This document shows, piece after piece, positions 28,788 through 44,564 of a DNA stretch of 64,000 nt. The first letter of the stretch is position 1, and every line of letters starts with the position of its first letter. The notes under the pieces were generated by a model that saw only the letters and a program-made list of their open reading frames with translations, ran no database searches and was not told the origin of the DNA. The stretch covers positions 14,570,001 through 14,634,000 of the forward strand of contig NC_043004.1 of NCBI RefSeq assembly GCF_006345805.1. Direction: 5' to 3'. Origin of the DNA: Octopus sinensis (lineage: Eukaryota). A program made the position numbers and the translations under genes.

Positions 28788-29570
28788 GCACGTACACAAT
28801 AACACACACCACCATGACAAATACAAGACGCACTGGCACAAGCACATCCACACGTATACACAAACACTGCACAAACAATACAAATAAAACACTCACAAAA
28901 ATATACCCGAACTTATACACACACTACACAGAAAATAGCATACACACACAGACATGCACACGTACACACACACATACACACACACACACACACACTTCGC
29001 CATATCAAATATAGCACGCACACACACATGCTCACACTCCATAAAACTACATAAATCACACTCATATATACACACAAACATAAACTGATACTCAGTACAA
29101 ACACACGTACAGACTACCCTGATAAACGTAGCACATACAGATATACACGGAGCCCCTGAGAAATACAACACATTAACACACATACGCATGCACGCGCACA
29201 CCCACACACCAACCGGACAGTTATAACAATACAAACATACAGAGAGAGACACACACTTACACTCACATGCACGCACACACCACCCTGACGTACACATACA
29301 CACACACGAACAAACGCACGCACACAAACACAGACACACACATGCACACGCACACACAGCATCCTGACAAATATAAATCACACACACATACACAAACGTG
29401 CACTCATATACATACACCACCCCGCTAATTACAAAACACACACACACACTCATACACACACACCCACACTGAACTCTAAGACCAGTAAAAAACAAAGCAC
29501 ATATATATACATAAACATAGAACCGTCCACACACACACACACTCACACCATCTTGAAATCTGAGACCAGT
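28298..29570. repeat. 1.3-kb degenerate (CA)-rich tract
   Basis: Direct reading; the 298-aa and 233-aa His/Thr and Cys/Val ORFs are by-products. Confidence 0.9.
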
Positions 29571-30169
29571 CCCAAAACCACTAAACCGTGACAAACTAGC
29601 CTAGAAACAAAAAAAAAGCCTTTTAACACCACAAACTATTCGAAATCAAATAGTGTGAATGCTTTCCCCCACTAACCAACCTCCCACACTATTTCTAAAA
29701 ATAGCAACCATCCTTGCCAAACACACCTACAAGACTGGAGAAGAAAAAACAGGTTGGTCAACCCCCTAAAATTCCGTATAAATAACTAAATGATTTATGA
29801 TGAAGTTTTGACTAAGCAATAATGCTTTCTCCTAGCAAATACTGTCTACAAATTCTTTGTATATATGCTTATATACAATTATGATTTTTGATGAACTTAT
29901 AAATAATTATGAATTTATTTTACTACCTATTTTGAACACTTTTATGTAATTAAATGTTTAAACACAAAGCCCCTCTTAACATTTTCTTATCATTGTCAAA
30001 GACTCTATCACTGTATTTCAATACATCTATGTAAACCATTTTTAATACCACAAAGGCTACACAAAGCCTTACATCTTACTTTTGAAAATCTTTTTCTAAG
30101 AAAGTGAATGCGGTCAACTCAATAAACATCATTAAAAGACCTCAGCATTTTCAAATCCTCCTCCCTATA

Positions 30170-30171
30170 TA

Positions 30172-30207
<36 letters not shown>

Positions 30208-30295
30208 TGTATGTATGTATGTATGTATGTATGTATGTATGTATGTATGTATGTGTGTATGTATGTATGTATGTATGTATGTACATATGTATGCA
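30170..30295. repeat. (TATG)n microsatellite
   Basis: Direct reading. Confidence 0.97.
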
Positions 30296-30879
30296 TGTAT
30301 CACTCGAGCCTGCTACAAGTCAAGACGACTTATTCCTGCGCTCTGAATTTTTTTTCCTCGTCTAGGCTAAAAAAGGCCATCAATGTTTGTTTTTTTTTTG
30401 TCCTGTTTTTATTTTTTATGTGTACTGTATTTTTTTATATTTGTATTTTTATTTTGTATTCGTATTTTTATTTGTATTGCTTTTACGTCCTGTTATTGTC
30501 ACATTTTTTTCTTTCCTTGTTTTTACCCCTCTGCAAGGTAATTTTATTTAATTCCCTCGCAGGAAGGATCGGTCCCTGAAGTGTGTCCTGTCCTTACCTT
30601 CGAAACACGCATGGAGTTGAACCGGGGACAGCTGATGAAGGGGAATGTTCCTTGTGTTGTTTGTCCTGTGTTCTGTTTTTTCGTTGTTAAAAAAAAGTCC
30701 GTTCCCTTGTTTTTATGTTTTCGTTTCTCATTGAGTTCTACGTCTATTTGTGGTGTCCTGTACTCACATATATATATTTATATATGCATGTATATATACA
30801 TGTAGATGTAGGTACGTACATATATGTATGTATGTATGCATATATTTTATATATTACATTACTCTTTTTAAAATTTTTT

Positions 30880-31085
30880 TTTACTCTTTTTCTTGTTTCA
30901 GCCATTTGACTGCGGCCATGCTGGAGCACCGCCTTTTAATCGAGCAAATCGACCCCGGGACTTATTCTTTTGTAAGCCCAGTACTTATTCTATCAGTTTC
31001 TTTTGCCGAACCGCTAAGTAACGGGGACATAAACACACCAGCATCGGTTGTCAAGCAATGCTAGGGGGACAAACACAGACACACA
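30880..31085 (+). mobile_element. SINE family C, full length
   Basis: Matches 14555-14735. Confidence 0.9.
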
Positions 31086-31419
31086 CACGCACAAACTTCT
31101 GTATTTAAAAAGTATGAACAAGGAATTCTTACTACATTCATCATATCTGAAAGTAGATTTTCTTGAATTGAAAAATTATTAATTAGATAAAAAAAGAAAC
31201 CTTTAAGAAAATAATGATTCGCACCTCTTTGAAGAAAGTTTGCATATTACGTTTTAAAGCGCTTTTGCTGTTTACAGCTTTTCAAATATACATACGCATA
31301 TAATATAAGCATACACACACACACATACACACACACACACCTATATATATGCATGTCTTTGTATGTATATATGACTATGCATAAAATATATGTTGATGTA
31401 TGTATATATGTATGTACGT

Positions 31420-31424
31420 ATATC

Positions 31425-31514
<90 letters not shown>

Positions 31515-31518
31515 ACTA

Positions 31519-31553
<35 letters not shown>

Positions 31554-31598
31554 GTCTATCTATCTATCTATCTATATCTATATATCTATCTATATCTG

Positions 31599-31642
<44 letters not shown>

Positions 31643-31649
31643 ACTATAC

Positions 31650-31731
<82 letters not shown>

Positions 31732-31740
31732 GTCTATCAA
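31420..31740. repeat. (TATC)n/(TGTC)n microsatellite
   Basis: Direct reading. Confidence 0.97.
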
Positions 31741-32272
31741 TCTATAAGTAGGTGTATGTGTGCGTGTATGTGTGTGTGCGTGTGTGTGTGTGTGAATATT
31801 TGTGTTCCATCAGACTTTCAGGCGTTAGTCTCTACGTTCTTATTTATTAGTATTTTCTACAACTCGTCTATCACGTAGTGTTACATAGAATTTCTGATAT
31901 TGAAAATAATCTATAATTTTCACAGGTATTTATTTTATTCACCTAGGAAAAAAAATTAATGTTTCGCACTCTGTATATGACGAACAAATTTAAATATAGG
32001 AATGTGCTTAATTCATCTCTCAATCGTTTATCTCACTCGTCATTCGAATATTTGTGATAATAATGATAACATTTTTTATCATTTATGATATTCCCATTAC
32101 AATATATTTATTTTTATCAATGTTCTCCAATGAAATTTCAACTGTAAGGTCTAACGAGCACCGATAACCTTATCATATTTCTCGTATCTGATGACATGTA
32201 TTTTTGTCCTGTATCATAGATGATTTATGAGAATATAATGGGCATAGTAACCCATCTACATCACATTCGTTT

Positions 32273-32311
<39 letters not shown>

Positions 32312-35144
32312 TACACACACACTCAACACACATACATACACATATACATACATAGACGTACATACATGCATATATACATCTCTTTGTGTGTATTCGAATG
32401 TTTCTTATCTGAAAAATAAGAATTTAAAAAGTACAGACACATTCAATTACAAAGAATTTAATCAGGTATTTTCTGTCTAAACTAATTTATTTAAAAGTGA
32501 ATGGAAACAGAATTAAAGATACTAGCATTTCTAATGAGACATATTAATCTGCACAAATTGGATTAAAAGCTAAAAATACAGCCTTCCTAAATCATGGGAA
32601 ATGTTGATGTTTAACTCAAGCTCAGTTCTGGGAAAAAGCACACTTATGATCAAAGGCGTTCCCTCCACAAACCCTTCATAATTTATTCAGGTATCTGGGA
32701 CTAACGTATTTCATCTATCGCCCAGACTGTGAGTCGACAGAATGTCATATCATTTCCTAGGTAATCAAACAACGACGCGGAAGTCCCATTATTAGTTGTT
32801 GCTTTCGCATTTATCATTATTACTGGATGACTTTAATGCTGCTTATTATGGTTAGTAAATCCAATCACTCTTTCTAAAATTAATTTAAGTTCGTTTTTCA
32901 GATTTAAGATGGGTCGTGTTTAAAATAGATATTTTAAAATTAATAACGAATCATCAAGTTCACGAATACACAAATTTGGCGACTGATATATGTACTAGTC
33001 TGATTTGTTTAATATAGGAGTTGGCGTAAGCTTGATTGGAAAAGATTATGTATACATCTTCTCTGGGTATTAAAACAGTCATTGTAATAGTTTTTCACTT
33101 ATTTTCCACACGCCTAAAGCCCAAAAGAACATGTTTACTTTCGAATTTCACCCACACTGTGATTTTCTAATATTTAAATTTATTTTAGTTCTGTTTTATG
33201 TAGGGTTGTGCATAAAGTAGATAGTTAGTAGTTAAAAACAAAGGATCTAGCTTTTTTCCATTCGCAAAATGAGCATTTTTTAAAACAAAGTAAACTATCT
33301 GAAAATCAGCTATAATAATGTAGCCTTTCAGTCTCATTGCTTCGAAGGTATGATGCTGCGGAGGAAAAAAAATGGAGAAAAAAGTTACTGAGGTTTACAA
33401 AATGAAAAAACAGTAATTTTAGCCAATAGCGAGACAGACATTTTCTGCATTTACATATATTAGTCAGAAAAATCCGCGATGTACTGAGGGCGCGACAGGT
33501 GAACCACAATATGGAGAGTGATTAGAGTACAATGAATCCTTGTCATATGTACATACATATATTTGTGTGTATGTATTTATACGAGTGTTTATCTGTGTGT
33601 ATGTGTGTATATCTGAGTCTGCGTGCGTGTTTTTTTTTATGTGTGCGTATGCTATGGTATATTATTTTTATTAGCGGAACTTAAGTTTAGTGTTCCAGAC
33701 ATGTAACCGAATGATAATCTTCATTTAGAATCTGTGGGGCACTTTATGCAATTTTGTCTATTCAACTTCATATGGTTAAAACTGAGCCATACTCTATATA
33801 TTCCCAAAATATCACATAGAAGAACCGAAACTTTGATGCCACAATAGTGAAAATAACTTTTTTATCCATTTGTACTTTCCTGCTCGGCATATAATCTAAT
33901 TTTACTTCATATCGTGAGAAATAGATCAGAAGAAAATACTTTCTGTTGTATTTTTAAAAAGTGTGATTTAACTTATGCATCGTTAGTGAAAGTAGAGTTG
34001 AAAGCTTTGCATACTTCAGAATAGCGTTTGATGTGGATAATTTTCAACAATTATATCTCTTTGATTTTATAACTAACGAGGGTTTCGTTACAGTGTTGAA
34101 GCTGTTGCATGTCACAGAATTTACGCCATAATTTCTTAAAAAGCAGAATAAAATATCGACTGAACAAAAAAAAAAAAATGTGAATAGTTAGAATGTATGG
34201 GTGTGAAAGGAAAAATAAATGAAAGAAAGCTGTGAAACGAAACAAAATATACCGTTAGCATAAGCTGAATATGATTGTTAAAAAATAGTTCTAAACAGCA
34301 ATTCTTTATTTCTTCCGAATATGTGTCAGCTCCTGTGATACGTGTGTATAATTTATGACAAAAGTAAATGTACAGCTGTTTACTATAACAAAGTGTTGTG
34401 CTGTTGACATACAAAATTGTTTAAATGCCTCGACATAGATTTTAGCCTCTACCTTATAACCACAGAGTATATATCAAAGGATTGCGATTTTTTGACATTC
34501 ATTCGATAGAAGTTTTTAAAACTGTATTTACATAGACTCGGACATATTTACATATTCGAAGTTTTGTTTTCTATCAATCTTTAAATCTGTTGTACAAAAT
34601 AGTTGATTTTATGACAAACATTTCGCCTTGAAATATGGTAGCTGCTCTACTCAATAAAAGCGACTCTATTATTCAAACGATACTTATTTTATCGACCCGC
34701 CAAACATGAAACACGGCAACGAATTCCACCGCATTTTGAGCTCAGATTGTCGGACATATTATAGTTTATGTCAATATGTTTCTTTTGTTCTATGCTAATA
34801 TTCCTAGCAAGTTATGTTAAGCGTGTCCGTCGTATATATATTGTCAATAAAACACTCATTTTAAAGGAACGATTTGTAGCATAGTTTCATTAACAGAGCT
34901 GTTCTCATAACAGTTATTTATAAATGCGCTGGCTCCATTGTAGTTATAATATGGAATTGAAAATTGAATAAAAGTCTCCAGCAAATTGCCGCCGATAAGA
35001 CGTCATATTCGCAATTTTCTTTTACAGTGTGCTGATTTCTGATAATGGCTATTGATACTAATATCGATATTAATATCGATTTCTTTTTTATTACACAGGC
35101 ACTCGAGGACCATAATGATGCTTATATTCCCACTTCATCCCTAG

Positions 35145-35660
35145 TACTACAACAATAACAGCAACAATAGCAACACTCAACATCAACTACTACTACTACT
35201 ACTACTACTACCATCACCACCACCATCACTGCTACTACTACTACTGTGATGGTGGTGGTGCTGCTACAACTAACACTACCTCCTCTTCCCCCTCCTCCTC
35301 CTCCACTCTACCACTACTACTACTACTACCACTGCTACTACTGTTACTACTACTACTAGTGCTGCTGCTGCTGTCACAAATACCACCACCACCTCTCTCT
35401 CTACTACTACTACTACTAGTTGTGGTGGTGCTGTTAAAACTACCACCCCTCCCCTTTCTCCTTTACCTCTACTACTACTGCTATTATTACTACTACAATA
35501 ATTACTACTACTACTTACAGCAACACCACTACAGGTGGTGTTGCTGCTGCTACAACTTCCACCACCTCGTCCTCGCCATTACTACTACTACTACTACTAC
35601 TACTACTATTACTACTAATGCTACTAGTAATGCTGCTGCCGCTGCTACTACCACCAGTTC
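35145..35660. repeat. Degenerate (ACT/ACC/GCT)n trinucleotide tract
   Basis: Direct reading. Confidence 0.92.
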
Positions 35661-36120
35661 AGTAAAATTCTATGACTTCAACGTAAACTAGTATGACTAA
35701 ATAAATGTATGAAACATGAATGAGTAAAATTCGTCAGTGGAAGGCTTTGGGGAAAAATACTTATCTTTATTCATCGAAATAAGAAGTGTCGTATATCGAA
35801 GTAAAAAAAAAAAAAATTAAAGTAACAACTGCAATTAGAAATACACGAAAGAACTGGATGCGATAGCATCTCAGAAAATTTGTATAAACCATATTCTAAA
35901 GAGTTGGCAGTAATTAATTTTCTTCGCAAAACATTTCATGTTATATCTAAAGAAGAATAACGTTGTGATATTTACGTTTAAAACATTAAGTATTTATTTC
36001 ACGTGAATTTATATGACTATATGTAGACGGTTTACATGGCCTGGACCTCTAGACTGTTTATTATCATTTCATACATTCTGATATACAGATATATGTGATT
36101 ACCATAGAATACTTAAACTT

Positions 36121-36320
36121 GAAGGCGACGGGCTGGTTGAAACTTCAGCACGCCGGGCGAAATGCTTATCGGCATTCCGTCTGTCTTAACGTTCTGAGTT
36201 CAAATTCCGCCGAGGTTGACATTGCCTTTCATCCTTTCGGGGTCGATGATATAAGTACCAGTTGTGTACTGGGGTCGATCTAATCGACTGGCTCCTCTCC
36301 CAAAATTTCGGGCTTTGTAT
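36121..36320 (+). mobile_element. SINE family A
   Basis: Matches 2831-3060. Confidence 0.88.
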
Positions 36321-36471
36321 TGACATGAGTCAAGTGAAAATATACATTTCCGTAACGTGATCTATACAACATGGTGTAATATTAAAACTCATCGCCGAAC
36401 CAAGAAGGAAGAAAGTGCATTGCTGTAGCGTGCATGCGAATGCAAAATACAATTATGATATAGTTGTTATA

Positions 36472-36640
36472 GGCGTAGAAGTGTGTGGGTGGTAAGTAGC
36501 TTGCTTACCAACCACATGTTTCCGGGCTCAGTCCCACTGCGTGGCACCTTGGGTGAGTGTCTTCTACAATATCCTCGGGCTGACCAAAGCCTTGCCCTGT
36601 GAGTGGATTTGGTAGACGGAAATTGAAAGAAGCCCAACGT
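36472..36640 (+). mobile_element. SINE family B, full length
   Basis: GGCGTAGAAGTGTGTGGGTGGTAAGTAGC..CCGGGCTCAGTCCC..GAAATTGAAAGAAGCCC. Confidence 0.88.
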
Positions 36641-36641
36641 G

Positions 36642-36675
<34 letters not shown>

Positions 36676-36699
36676 ATATATATATATGTAAATGTAAAG

Positions 36700-36982
36700 A
36701 AATACAAACTGGGACAAGAACGTGAAACATTTAGAAGGCGATAGAAAAAACACGGACGGGACATTCGAAGCCTTCAATCTTCAGTCAAGAACCGGATCAT
36801 CTTCGCAATTTCGGCTATATATATAAATTGGGACAAGAACGCAAAACATCCGGGCAACTATGTGATGCAAAAAGAGACAACAAAACATTCAGATAGACGA
36901 TACAAAGAAAACAAGGACGGGTCATTCGAAGTTTTCTTTCCTTAGTCAAGCACCAGATTATCCTCGCAAATTAAGCTGATTA
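36700..36982 (-). mobile_element. Two adjacent short non-coding elements related to the 715-bp family
   Basis: Both carry CT(G/A)A(A/G)GA-N11-GAAT-N5-GTC (36755-36784, 36916-36945). Confidence 0.65.
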
Positions 36983-37182
36983 TATATATGTCTCTGTGTG
37001 TATATGTTTGTGTGTCTGTGTTTGTCCTCCCACCAACATCGTTTGACAACCGATGCTGGTCCGTTTACGTCCCCTAACTTAGCAGTTCGGCAGATAATTA
37101 AAACAAGTGAAAGAATTTGACGATGTTTCAACTGAAAATTAATTCATGTTTTTCTATAAAACACCTGATTACACATATTCTT

Positions 37183-37393
37183 TTCTACTCTAGGCACAAG
37201 GCCCGAAATTATTGGGGAGGAGGCCAGTCGATGGGATCGACCCCAGTGCGTAACTGGTACTTATTTAATCGACTCCGAAAGGATGAAAGGCAATGTCGAC
37301 CTCGGCGTAATTTGAACTAAGAACGTAACAGCAGACGAAATACCGCTAAGTATTTCGCCCGGCGTGCTAACGATTATGCCAACTCACCGCCTT
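37183..37393 (-). mobile_element. SINE family A
   Basis: Reverse complement of family A. Confidence 0.88.
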
Positions 37394-38772
37394 ACCTGAT
37401 TATATATTACAATATGTAGGATGAAGCTCTGTATTACTGACGTAAAATCAATTGCTAGATTAAGCCAATAGATTTTCATTGTTCGTTAAAATAAATAGAG
37501 TTATTATGCTGATATAGATGCATTCTCGCTGTTCTGTCAAATTTATTATTCTCGTTTACAAGCTTGCAGATTAAAGCGTCAGATTTATAAATGCTGAATA
37601 TAGAATAAAATAGATCTTGTAACAGGATTCATACTCTCGACACCTTGTGGCGCTACTAACTGAAGGATCAGTCAGTCTCTCTCTAATGTCTCTCTGTAAA
37701 TGAGTGGAGAAATATTCAGACAATACTGTCATATTGTCAAGTTATATTCCACACACAAACACAGACACAAACAGCCCAGGAACAAACATACACATATATT
37801 CATACATACACACACATTCACACACACACATTCACACATATGCTCACAATATACATACATGTATGTGTATCTGTTTGTGTGTGTGCGTGTGTGTGTATGT
37901 GTTTGTGAGTGCTTAGATATTCTTACACTGTAAGCGAAGTGCAAGAATCGCGTTGCGATAGAAGACAATAGAGATGAAGACAGGAATATTTGAAACATCC
38001 GGAAATACGAAATGATTAGTGAAATCTAATTAATAAGTCGCTCAAATTAGCTAAAGAATAAATACTTAAATATCATATTCCATCCTAGAAGCACCCTAAT
38101 ATTTGTCAAGGGTTCAGACTATGAGAAAAAGTAAAACACAGAATGTACCTCCCAGTGTAAAAATGGGATCGTTTGATAAGTTAGACATTTATAATCTCAC
38201 GAGTTTGTTGATATGTCATAAAAGAAGGCCACCTTCCACCAGTTTTGTTCTGTAAATAGGCGACAGGCACAACATAGGTTCCGAAGGGTATATTATAGAA
38301 TCGTTCAAATCTCTTAAGCTGAAAATTAATACCTACACTTACAATATTCAACAAACTGGAGGGGACGTGTCAGCAAATAGTTTTACTAATTCTCCTCTTC
38401 CTTTTGCTATCTACAAAACTGGCGCAAGGTGCACCCTGAAGAATTACTTCCCTGTCATTAAGCAAAGAAACTTTCAAGAGCTGGAGATCCTCACAACGAC
38501 AACCCATACACATATATTCAAGTTTTGTAGAAAATTCCCTATAAGCAACTTGAAATTATTAATCCACCATCATGAAATTCAATTACACGTTATAAACAAC
38601 TAACTCGGAATAGAGCATATTATCTAACGAAGCACAAAGACGTGAATTTTATGCACACATAATTCGTCATGCACTTGCGGGGAAACCTTTTACAGACAAA
38701 TGCAGTATTCACACTAAACACATACACACGTGTATATATTTATACATACATACATGCATGTATATATACATA

Positions 38773-38826
<54 letters not shown>

Positions 38827-38859
38827 GCGCAAAGCAACTACTACCACAATTTTCAATCT

Positions 38860-39170
38860 TTCCATTTTACCAATGTGCTATCGGATCATCAACACAAATT
38901 AGACTAAACAAGGAAACATTCTTCATTGGAAAGTACAAGCCCAGACTTAACCATGCCAACATACTGATACAGAGAAATTCACACCAAGGGAAAAGAAAAA
39001 AATTTTAAGCGATTATCTCCCTTACACCGGAAGAAATCACTCATTACCTCCCCTTATTTAGAAGTCTTTTAAACATAAACATAACGATAACTCTATTCAA
39101 CATAAACATAACGTCGTAAGAAATTTGAAAAGCTAAACCCGAAACCGGTCTTTCTTCTAAACTATGTCAT
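38860..39170 (+). mobile_element. Decayed PLE 3-prime end
   Basis: [19 protein letters not shown] resembles the end of a GIY-YIG domain; followed by CCGAAACCGGTC (hammerhead 3-prime half with an ACCGGU palindrome). Confidence 0.5.
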
Positions 39171-39302
39171 TGTAAGAAAAAAAAAAATTTTAATATTCTT
39201 CAGACATATTGACGGAAATATATATATTTTTTAATCTTTAAGCCTTCTGTAGTTTGTCACTTTTTACTATTTTCTATATATTCAACCACGTGCTTTCACA
39301 AA

Positions 39303-39345
<43 letters not shown>

Positions 39346-39349
39346 TATG

Positions 39350-39423
<74 letters not shown>

Positions 39424-39479
39424 ATATATGCATATACAATTTTATATATGTATATATAAATACACACACACAGATATAT

Positions 39480-39522
<43 letters not shown>

Positions 39523-39568
39523 GGTTAATGAGAAAGGCGGAAGATAGAAAATACGAGAATTTTTATTA

Positions 39569-39655
39569 ATCACTACAATTGTTTCGACCCGTCTAGTATC
39601 GATACTTAACTAGTTTAGAAGCACCCGTCGGTGTAGATGTGTTTCATCAGGTAAT
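39569..39655 (-). ncRNA. Type I hammerhead-like motif (ACAAUUGU stem III) in a repeat element adjacent to (TA)n
   Basis: AUUAC-CUGAUGA-[long, poorly closed stem II]-GAAA-CAAUUG-UA^-GUGAU. Confidence 0.55.
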
Positions 39656-40236
39656 AATTAGATATAGCTCGTTATAATAATGACTGCTCCGCAAGATATC
39701 ATCTCGGTACGTGTAAAGAAAAGCAGTAAATTAAAGAATATATCTTCATTTATAGAGATCAATAATAAAAGATAACAGATGGAAAAAATAAAGAAATACA
39801 CATTACAACGAAAAAAGTATTAAATATAACCGTTAACGGATATGGATGTAGAAACGCCCTCGCGTAGGTGGCATGGCACATGTACAATTGCTCATACACA
39901 CATCCAAAGAGATGTACGCATACATATCTGTACATGTACATACATGTCTTCATGCACACTCAAATGGACAAATAAATAGAAAGATATCATACGCATACGT
40001 GTGGTTTGTGGCACATACGTTCACATAACGAATTAAATAGCTACTTGTTGTTTATAAGAATGGAAAAGTTACAGCTAAACTTTATTCGTCCATATCGTAA
40101 GGTGAGTTATGTTTATTAATTATTTTGACGGTTACTCAATTTCATTCCCACTACATTGTGCGGAAGTGTATTTATATTTGGCGGTGCATCAGAATGGCCG
40201 CAGCTCTGAGCTGAAACTAGAGTGAAAGAAAAAGAT

Positions 40237-41465
40237 GCATGTAAGCATCTTGAGATTCTTTCACAAATTCTGTTAATGATATTGTCATTGGTTCACAGAA
40301 TAGAGAGGGATTCCTCGGAGCAGAGTCGACATCTCCTGTAAATAATGTCATATGGTTTTGCGGGACTTACTATGGGCCATGTTATGTTATACTTAATTTT
40401 ATCTTCCTTAAGTCGTCACGCAAAATCGGTCAAAGTTGATTGATATCACTTGTTGATTTTCTTGAAGCTGGTAACATGGTTGTGATAACGATTCTTGAAT
40501 GAGAGAGTCGTTGCCACACACGATCCTCTCCCCTTTGTGGGTACGGTGCATTTATATACAAGATTTGTACTCATACACAAGTTTATCAGTGGGCATGTTG
40601 ATTTTTCTCTTTCATGACCATTTATTGCATTTAGTTGTGTATATGGCAGTTGTGATGTTGTTACCGTGTTAACTATCACTATTATTGCCACTATCACGAT
40701 ACGGCTCTATCGGGTGTTTTCCGTTGCGGCTTACATCTCCTTTCTAGGTATTTTGATATATATGTTTGCTAGTTGCAGTCGGTGGATTATTGAACTGTTG
40801 TTTCATTTTACTATTATTAATGGGGTGCATATACTGCTCTAAACTAATAATGTTAATGTATTGTACCTTCATCGTGATTCTATTAAAAATGCCATGGTAT
40901 CTATTTGATTTCCGGAAACATTTGTCTAAAGCATCAACAATTTTCCCAGCGATCTTCTTTAAAACATGTGACCGTAGATTGGGTTGTACGAAAAGTCATC
41001 ATGATTCTTATATTTGTTGTTTGGTTTATTTGTTCTTGTGTGTTGTACAGGGTTGGGACAATTTACTGTATTATGGGCAATAGAATTATTGTGTTATGTG
41101 TGTCTATGAGTTTCGATTTGTTGTTTATTGCCTTGACCAAGTCCTGGCCTGTATCGCGATCTGAATCAGTCCGTTTATTATAACGTTGTGTTGGTGTGCG
41201 ATGTATATTATGATTAGAGGAATTGGCAGAGCTATGTTTTACCTTTGTCTAGTATGTATTTAAATTTTTCTCTCGATATCCAGCCCTAGCTCAAGCAGTA
41301 TTGTAATATCATGCATGTGATTCAAAAACTTCTTTATTCGCAGATAACCTACATATTCTTATTGAAATATTCTTCACTAATCTCCATATTATTGAGGGTG
41401 GATGGTTGTATGCTACATTTATATACTTAATATTATCATTTGGTTTATGAAAGGGTTCAAATAAT
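40237..41465 (-). mobile_element. Second, more diverged PLE family (RT thumb/linker plus GIY-YIG)
   Basis: PFHKPNDNIKYINVAYNHPPSII; CPLINLCMSTNLVYKCTV..FKNRYHNHVTSF; NITWPIVSPAKPY..CRLC. Confidence 0.88.
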
Positions 41466-41643
41466 ACATCCATACACATGTGCATGTGCTCACAAACATA
41501 CACACACATACATTTGAGTGTTTGTGCATATATTCATACATCTCTATGTATTTAGTGTATGAAAATGTATGTACATATATATGTATGCATTACTGTAATT
41601 TTCATATTAATGCAGAAACTTTAATGCTTAAAAAGCATATAGA

Positions 41644-41774
<131 letters not shown>

Positions 41775-42494
41775 GTGTGTGCATGTGTGTGTGTGTTTGT
41801 ATGTATGAATTTTAGTATGCACATATATTTACAACTATGATTTCCTTGTGAAATTTGAGAGATTAGTAAAAGTTAAGTACCATATTTTCGTTTGTATATA
41901 TATAAGTTTTAAATGTTTGAAAAACATCCGGTTTCCTTAATTGATACTGCGGTTAAGAAAAATTGACTTGAAACCTTTTAATGGAGATGCAGATTCATAC
42001 ACTCTCTTGCAGTAAGTGAAAAATTTTGCAATACTTTTATGAATGAGAAAAGTTGTAAAATGCATTTTTTTAAACCTTCGTCAAAAACGTTACATGAAAT
42101 TTAATATTTTCCGCATGGGTATTAGGTTCTTCATTTATATTTATATGTATTCATTTAAGTATATCTCATAAGAATATTCCTGATAATGTTATTCAGTTTA
42201 TATAGGTAGCGAATGTGTATGCAAGTTTTGCAAATAGAAACTTTTACATATGTTTTCTTGCTGAATTTCTTCACACTATGTTTTTACATACATGTAAGTT
42301 ACCATTAATGATTTAATATATAAAACAGATCATTCTACATACACAGCAATAGTTGCACATTCACATACACACACACAGACGTGCACACATACAAACACAC
42401 ACACATATGTGTGTTATATGTACATGTATATATGTGTACATACATATAAATCAATATATATTTACGTATGTATATATATACATATATATATATA

Positions 42495-42750
42495 GGCGTG
42501 GCTATGTTTTAAGAAGCTTGCTTTCCAATCATATGGCTCCAGGTTCAGTTCAACTGCGTGGCACCTTGGGTAAGTATCTTCTATTATAGCCTCGGGCCGA
42601 GCAAAGCCCGCGTATATATACATATATATATATTATATGTGTGTGTTTGTCGCCTGACATTCGCTTGACAACCGATGTTGGTGTGTTTAAGTCCCCGTAA
42701 CATAGCAGTTCGGCAAAAGAGAAGGATGGAATAAATACTAGGCTTACAAA
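42495..42750. mobile_element. SINE B (+, 42495-42610) followed by a SINE C fragment (-, 42640-42750)
   Basis: Matches other copies in the window. Confidence 0.8.
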
Positions 42751-43950
42751 TAAAAGAATGAATATATATATATGATGTGTGTGTGTATTTATAGATAGAT
42801 ATGCACATTTATAGATATCTGTTTATATTTATATGTATATTTATAGATAGAAATTTATATATGTCTATGTATATTATGTATGTATTTGCTATCAAAAATT
42901 GTTTTGTAGTTCGATTTAGCTACATCTGAGCTGAAAAATGTAAAAGAATGACATAGCAAGAACAGCGTGTACGTCGTTCAGTACATCCTAATTTCAGGGG
43001 AAAATTAAAGTGAATATCCAAACACACACAATAAATAAATAAATGAATTAATAAATAAAACCTTACATATATCTGCGCCCACTCCTGGATAGACTGAAGA
43101 AAGTTGTCTTAGAATTCAGGATAATTTTCTTCCATTTTGTTTTCAAAATAGAATCAGAGAATCTTTTGAGATTAATGCCGCAGCTTTCTCAAATTTATTC
43201 AGCTCTCATTCAAAATTATTTTGTATGAGCTTCAACAGTGCTGTTTGATTGTTAGTATCACTGGTCCTCCAAAACTCAGTCAGCTGTATACAGTTTATAG
43301 CTCTCACTCAAGTTTCAAATTCGATATGCAAAGGAGTAATGTAGGAAGCTAACATTCGCAGGATCAACACATCACATTGTTTGCTTGGGAGAAGTAATGG
43401 ACGTTCTGTGTAATTCCTCTGGACGTGGTGGTTTTGTTTTCCATTGTATCGATTTAGAAATATAAGTAATTCTGATACAACTCTGCCGAAACCAAAGAGC
43501 TATATCTTTCAGCTCTAAAGTTATATTTCCGATATTGACTTTTTCTAAAAATACCTTCATATGAAGCGCTCCTATTAGGCATTCAGTTATACCTAGCAGA
43601 GAGCTAAACATATTTCCGTATGGAGGTACTGTTTCGAGCGAAATCAGTTAAAAGTATTGTCACAGATCCAAATTATTTTCGCGACAAACAGCTATGAATA
43701 AAAGAATTGGAAGAAACAAAGAAAGAAGGACCGAAAAGAAAGAAAGAAAGATTGTTTTAAAATATATATAAATCATAATTCAATTTTTAAATATTTCACA
43801 GGAAAATAATCTGAACGAAATCCCAAATCATGTGTTTACTAATGGTGGGAAGTTAAATTATTTAAATATTTAAAAGAAATCATCATATAGGCACAGGAGT
43901 GACTGTGTGGTAAGAAACTTGCTTCTAAACCACATGGATTCGTGGTCGTG

Positions 43951-43994
<44 letters not shown>

Positions 43995-44036
43995 CATACA
44001 TAATACATACATACATATGCATATATATATATACAC

Positions 44037-44117
<81 letters not shown>

Positions 44118-44335
44118 GTGTGTATAATGGATGATAAAACGAATAGTTTACACCTGATATCTTACTCGTAAAGCACAGTCACTTTCACAGTGATCGTTAT
44201 GTAGATGGCAAATTAAAGACGGATGATGGAATATACGACATTACAAAAATAAGTCCTGGGGTTGATTTGCTCGACTACAGGTGGTGCTCCAGATTGGTCA
44301 CAGTCACCTTACTGAACTAAGTAAAAGAGTAAAAG

Positions 44336-44396
<61 letters not shown>

Positions 44397-44522
44397 ACAT
44401 ATATAATATATGTAATGGATATTAAACCAGTGAGATATTGGATTTATGAATCCCTAATGAGGATATGACATCCTTGAATTTACTATGTGTGTATATATAT
44501 ATACATACATACATACACTTAT

Positions 44523-44559
<37 letters not shown>

Positions 44560-44564
<5 letters not shown>

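Noticed and set aside
28118-29594. Longest ORFs (298, 231 and 233 aa)
   Set aside because: They are translations of a SINE plus a degenerate (CA)n tract; the composition is dictated by the repeat
34050-34420. TM6/helix 8-like text (FFLSHPY, KKLWRKFC)
   Set aside because: Driven by T-rich runs; no ordered set of motifs
43372-43611. 79-aa ORF
   Set aside because: No recognisable motif or splice context
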